A stretch of 59,260 bases of DNA, counting the filler, from Bipalium vagum (Eukaryota): NCBI GenBank assembly GCA_037834085.1. It is 3 parts of 3 records of this genome, joined end to end, with 100 filler letters (N's around TTAATTAATTAA, not from the genome) between each part and the next. Parts side by side here need not be neighbours in the genome. Positions count along the whole stretch, not along the records: positions 42,135 to 59,260 come from JBBMKC010077562.1; 2 more parts are not named here. One strand, given 5' to 3'. Positions 54,521 through 59,260 of this stretch are shown in pieces. The notes under the pieces are model-generated. The model had not been told where the DNA came from. It did no database searches and saw only the letters and a list, made by a program, of their open reading frames with translations. The position numbers and the translations under genes are program-made. Numbering within the stretch: position 1 is the stretch's first letter; each line of letters starts with the position of its first letter.

Positions 54521-54760
54521 ATTTGGTTAGTAACTAAGTAATTGAGCACTTTTTTGACTAGAATAAAAGATAAATTTTATGAAGAATAAAAATTATATTC
54601 CGTAAAGTATTGACCGTTTTTCTAATGGTCTTCTGTCATCTTTCAGGTAGCGTCATAATACCATTTTCACAAGAATTTTGATTTTTATCATTAAAAAACT
54701 GTAAAAGGTGCGACTTGATCTTTTCATCATCTTTGAATTCCTTGTCATTCACAAAATTTC
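54521..54760 (-). mobile_element. mariner 3' end with TIR
   Basis: KEFKDDEKIKSHLLQFFNDK..GIMTLPER*QK...GQYF; TIR-like ATTTGGTTAGTAACTAAGTAATTGAGC. Confidence 0.75.
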
Positions 54761-54779
54761 ATTTCACAAGAAACGAAAG

Positions 54780-56200
54780 AAATCATTTTTGAATTTTTGC
54801 TTAAAAATAGTTCTTCCAAGGCTTTTGATTTCTTTGATTAATTATTGATGAAATTCCTATAATAATTGAATACTCAAAAGAAGCTTCTCAGATTCTTGAC
54901 ACATTTTGGTTTTTCAAAATTTTTGATAACTTCGATTTTTATAGTATATATTTGAATCCCTTCTTTATCTGTTATATTCCAAAGAAACTTTACTTCTTCT
55001 CGTAGTAGGTTACAGTTTTTTGGATTCACTCTCTACCTTACCTTTTGAATGTAGTATAATACTAGGCCCAAGCTCACACAATGTTGACCTAATTCATCAG
55101 AAAATATCACAGATTACATCAATATACATAATTGTTCTTTCTATCCCATCTAATACTTTCTTCATTAGTTCCTGGAAAGTTACTGGCGCTACTGAATGCT
55201 AAATGGGTTTTAGTACAGAAACAGTCTTCTTTTGTGAATCTTCTTCTAACGGTACCTGATAATGAGTTTCCTACGTCTATGGTACTTAAATATTTTAACT
55301 CATGTAGATTGTCTAACATTTCTTCAATAAGAAATTCCTATCTTTCTGTAACCGTCTTTCATTTCCTGAAATCTAAAAAGTATAAGACCCTTTCTTTCTT
55401 TCTTTTTTGTCTACAAAATTTTTATGGCTGCATCTATCTTTTCCTCTAGATTCTTTGGTCGTCTGCATAGTTTTGTGTTTATCAGTGTCCCTTTAGTTTT
55501 GATCTTCTGTTCAGCCAACGTTATGCATCCCATATCCCAGTTATCACTCATAAGCCTCGATATTTTGCTGTATTTTCCAGTTTTTTATCTCGTTTAGTCT
55601 GTAGAATTTCTAATGCTCCTTTTACTCCTTCATTATCATTAATTTTTCGTCCAAACTTTGCGCCTATGTTGCATATTCTCCAGTCCATTTCTTCAACTCT
55701 ATTATTTCTTTTAATTGATATCCAGACTGACGATGCATAGTTATTCCTATATCGAGATTCAAACTCATGTCTTTTAATACGATAAATTGAACAATTCTAA
55801 TACGCTTGCTGATTTCTACATTTATATATGTGTAACCGAAAACAACCATTTGACTGTTTGCGCACACTTTAACACATCCTCGTATTCAAATAATTCCATA
55901 TTCATGAATGTTCTCTTAAAATATTATGACTTTTAACATTTATTTTTGCTCTTATGTTTAATAAAAACTCAATGTACTTTCCTTGAATTATAACCTCAAC
56001 ACATGATCTACCCTGCATCATATCGTTTTTTAACTTCATTTGTCTTTGGTAACGTCATAATTCTACCATTATCATTTGAATCTTCATTTATCTTCTTGTC
56101 TTCATTGTATATAACTTCACAATCTTTAAAGTTTGTTTAGACCTCCGAATCCTCATTTCTGGTGATTTTGTATGGAAATTCTTATCCAGTGCTGGAGTCT
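54780..56200 (-). pseudogene. Ty3/Gypsy pol remnant (protease-RT)
   Basis: Frameshifted LDFRK, IEEMLDNLHELKYLSTIDVG..YQVPLEEDSQKKT, APVTFQELMKKVLDG..MYID, NPKNC..EVKFL, PKCVKNLRSF..NYYRNFI. Confidence 0.85.
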
Positions 56201-56874
56201 CCTCATTAGAAGTTAATTAAATATAAGTGTTTATATAATTACTTATAAGCTTTTAAAAAAATTTTATATAAAAAAATTTACTTCATTTGTAAATTCTATT
56301 TTATAAATATTTTATAATGATAATTTTTAAAGATTGAATGTATGAGGAAACTATGACATTCACATTATTATTACTAACAATATTCACAATTATTCAAAAA
56401 ACTTTGTTTTTTATTATTTTAAGTACTTCTTCAATATGTATTTCTCTTTATAGACAGAATTAGAAAGACAGTAGAGAAATCAATGATAAATCTAATAATG
56501 CATTAGCAAACAGATAAAACAAACATGCTTAGCATCTTATTTATCTGTAAAATTTAATTACTTTTTAAATTACTTTTTAAATTTTATTGTTATTTTTAAT
56601 CACTATGAATAAATTTCAAACTTAAGTGAATCTGATAGAAAGACAAATTAAAAAACTTTTGATTATTTCAAGTCATTGGATTGTTTAAATCATTTAAAAA
56701 TTTTTTTGAAGTACGTTTTATTTGTTACATTCTTATATAATTAAAATGGAGTTTTAAAGTTGAAATTATTTTTTGTTATTTAAAAATTTTTATCTAAACA
56801 ATTTTTTATTTTTTAGTTTATTTTAATCTAAGGTGATCTTATTTATTTTCAAAAAACTGAACCATTATTTTGAC

Positions 56875-57554
56875 ATGAGCGTTAAGAAAGTTGATAGAGA
56901 AGAAAGAGATAATCCATTGCCATCGAGGTGCTTAGGCATATTTAACTTATCTTTAGACATATCTGAAAAAGATTTACATGAATTATTTTTTCGATATGGT
57001 GAAATTGAAGATGTGAGTTTAGTTACCGATAAAGTTTCAAGTAATATTGGTTTAGTTGAATTGAAGAAACTAATTCGAGGAAATACGTAATTTCAGAGAG
57101 ATCAAGAGGATTTGGATTTGTTTATTTTAAGAATATAGACGACGCTGAAATAGCTAAAGAAAAAGTTCACGGAACAATAGTACAAGGCAAGCCGATAAGA
57201 GTAGATTATAGTGTTACTCTGCGAGCTCACACTCCAACGCCTGGAGTTTACAAAGGAAATAAAGCTCAGTAGGAAATATTCAAGTTATTGTAAAATGCAT
57301 TTAAAAGTTAATTTGAAATTTTCAGCGACAACGGAAGAAGACCATCGTCAAGAAATTTCAAACAATATGATAAAAGTCCTCGTGAAAGAGATCGTAGTGA
57401 ACCGCGAATGGATTCTAAGTATAGATCAGCTGGCGATAATGATTACGATAAGCGTAGTTCGCGTTATGATGACAAAGAAAAAAGGGCTAGAGACTGGACG
57501 GATTATACACCGAAACATAGATCTCCTTTTAACAATAGGCCAATTCATTATTGA
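56875..57554 (+). CDS. tra2: Transformer-2-like RRM splicing factor, 188 aa, 3 exons
   Basis: Exons 56875-57040, 57097-57268, 57326-57554 (567 nt); [47 protein letters not shown] (Tra2 signature linker). Confidence 0.9.
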
Positions 57555-59150
57555 CTTGACGAATGCGCAAGCGATTGTAAATTTCTTCGTCATAAAAAAT
57601 CATTAAAATATTTTCTACCCTTTCCATCTTCGAACCTGTGTTTTATTAATGAGTTTTCTCTGCAAAATGTTGCGCTCTTTTTAAAAACTAAATACAAAAA
57701 TACTGGAAAGAAGTAATGATTGTCAATATGTGCAATTGAAGGGAATTCGATACTTTTTCACTAATAGTACTTTTTAATTTCTGTAATTTACTATTTTAAT
57801 AATTTTTGTACTTGTTTTTATTTTTCACATGAGGCTCGCTTTGGGTGATTTCTTTTAGTTCAGAAATACGAACTCGATTCAACACCAAACCGCTCCACCA
57901 CTATGATCCCGCGTTGGTATTATCATAACTCTTGTGTACATTTGCCACCTATAATTTTTTATTGAATATATTATGTTCGATTAATTGAAAATGTATTTAA
58001 AGATTTTCTGTCAGTAATCAATATTTGATAATAATAAAGTATTTTAAATTTAAATCTTTTTTTTTATGTAGGATGTAGTTTCGAATAGCTTTTTGGGTAA
58101 TCCTGCAGTTTAGGTGCGTCAAAAATGAAAAAAGCGCAATTTTTTAATTTTATTTTTTAAATTAATTTATACTATTTAAATTAGTAAGTAGTATTTATTT
58201 TTATTAAATTTATAATATTTACAATTTTAGATTAAGTTTTTAGATGTTAAATTTTGAGCATGAAAGTAAAATTTTATTTATTAATTTTTATTTATTATGA
58301 ATGTTTTAAAAAAGAGTTTTATTGAGAGCATCAAATTGATTTAAACTACTGAAACTATTAAATAAATTTGTTTAATTTCACATTAAATTATAATTAAAAA
58401 TTAAATGAATGAATTTTAATTTTGATATTTTGATATTTTGAATTGCGATTAATTGATAATCTTTATTTATATTCTGACTTCGCTTTTCTCAAACTTGCAT
58501 CTTAATTATCAACTCAAAAATTTTTAATAAACATCAATTGTTTTATAATCATTAATATTTTTAAAATTTATTTGATATTATTAAATATTGATTTTCTATG
58601 ATTTACTATTTATTTTTAAATGTATTCGATTATGATAAATTTTAAACTTTGAATTTGAAAAGTAGAGTTAATTTTCGTATAAACTTTAAGACTAACTTTT
58701 TCAGACAAGATGGGACATTTTAATCTTAATTAAAATTGAATTTTTAAAAATAGATTGCTTATAATCGCTTCAGATAAGTGTATTAACAGTGGAGTTGGGA
58801 TAATCTGGAACCAAAACCCAAAAATATTTCTTATCACGATAAAATGTATTTTTAAAGAAAATTTGCAGAATATTTTTTAAAATTAAGAAATAAAATAAAT
58901 ATAGTATGTTAGTTACTGCTACGTTATCGACAGTTTCAGAATTCAAAAACTCAAGATTTAGTAACATTTTTATTTGAAGAAAATAATTTATAGTTTTAAT
59001 AAGTGTCCCCTTTTTATCCTTTATTTAAACAAATTAATTATCTAAAATTTCTGAACTTTATAATGAAAACAATTGAATGAAGAGAATAAAGAATGTTTAA
59101 AGTTTTTAGTGACTATATATTGATTCTGATATTACAATTCCAAATCTTAC

Positions 59151-59221
59151 CATCTCTGAAATCGTTGTTATTCTTAGTGTAGCTGTGGAGACTCCCAGGC
59201 ACAGCAGATGTACAAAATGAA
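59151..59221 (-). CDS. Candidate exon of a minus-strand gene entering from beyond the window
   Basis: Acceptor GATTTAG, donor GTAAGA, two open frames, raised GC. Confidence 0.35.
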
Positions 59222-59260
59222 CTAAATCAACAATGATTCTTTTGTTTTACTTTTGTGATC

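Noticed and set aside
57211-57606. 131-aa ORF overlapping Tra2
   Set aside because: Alternative frame running through a Tra2 intron; the spliced model explains the region.

Overview
Very AT-rich eukaryotic (invertebrate-metazoan-like; flatworm-like style is inference only) scaffold segment with three assembly gaps. Four spliced host genes can be reconstructed by hand: a compact myotubularin-related phosphatase (+, ~15977-17881), a GSK3 kinase (-, 41103-29230, 9 exons), a C2H2 zinc-finger transcription factor (-, 47056 to at least 45099) and a Transformer-2-like RRM protein (+, 56875-57554). There are also orphan exon-like pieces at ~21.4, ~25.0 and ~59.2 kb. The first ~15.8 kb and 49.9-56.2 kb are graveyards of nested, decayed mobile elements: Polinton/Maverick PolB and integrase of two sequence types, Merlin, pogo/Tigger, Tc1, several mariners, a full-length DD37D maT nested in a mariner, a solo LTR with TSD inside a Polinton PolB, Gypsy pol, and a Penelope GIY-YIG end with tandem minimal hammerhead-ribozyme motifs. 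I found no clearly new multi-gene system. The best leads are the hammerhead copies, a GSK3 lacking the N-terminal inhibitory serine motif, an RS1-less Tra2, a structured solo LTR, an AGTAG...CTACT fold-back and the orphan exons. All family assignments come from motifs recognised by eye, not database searches.
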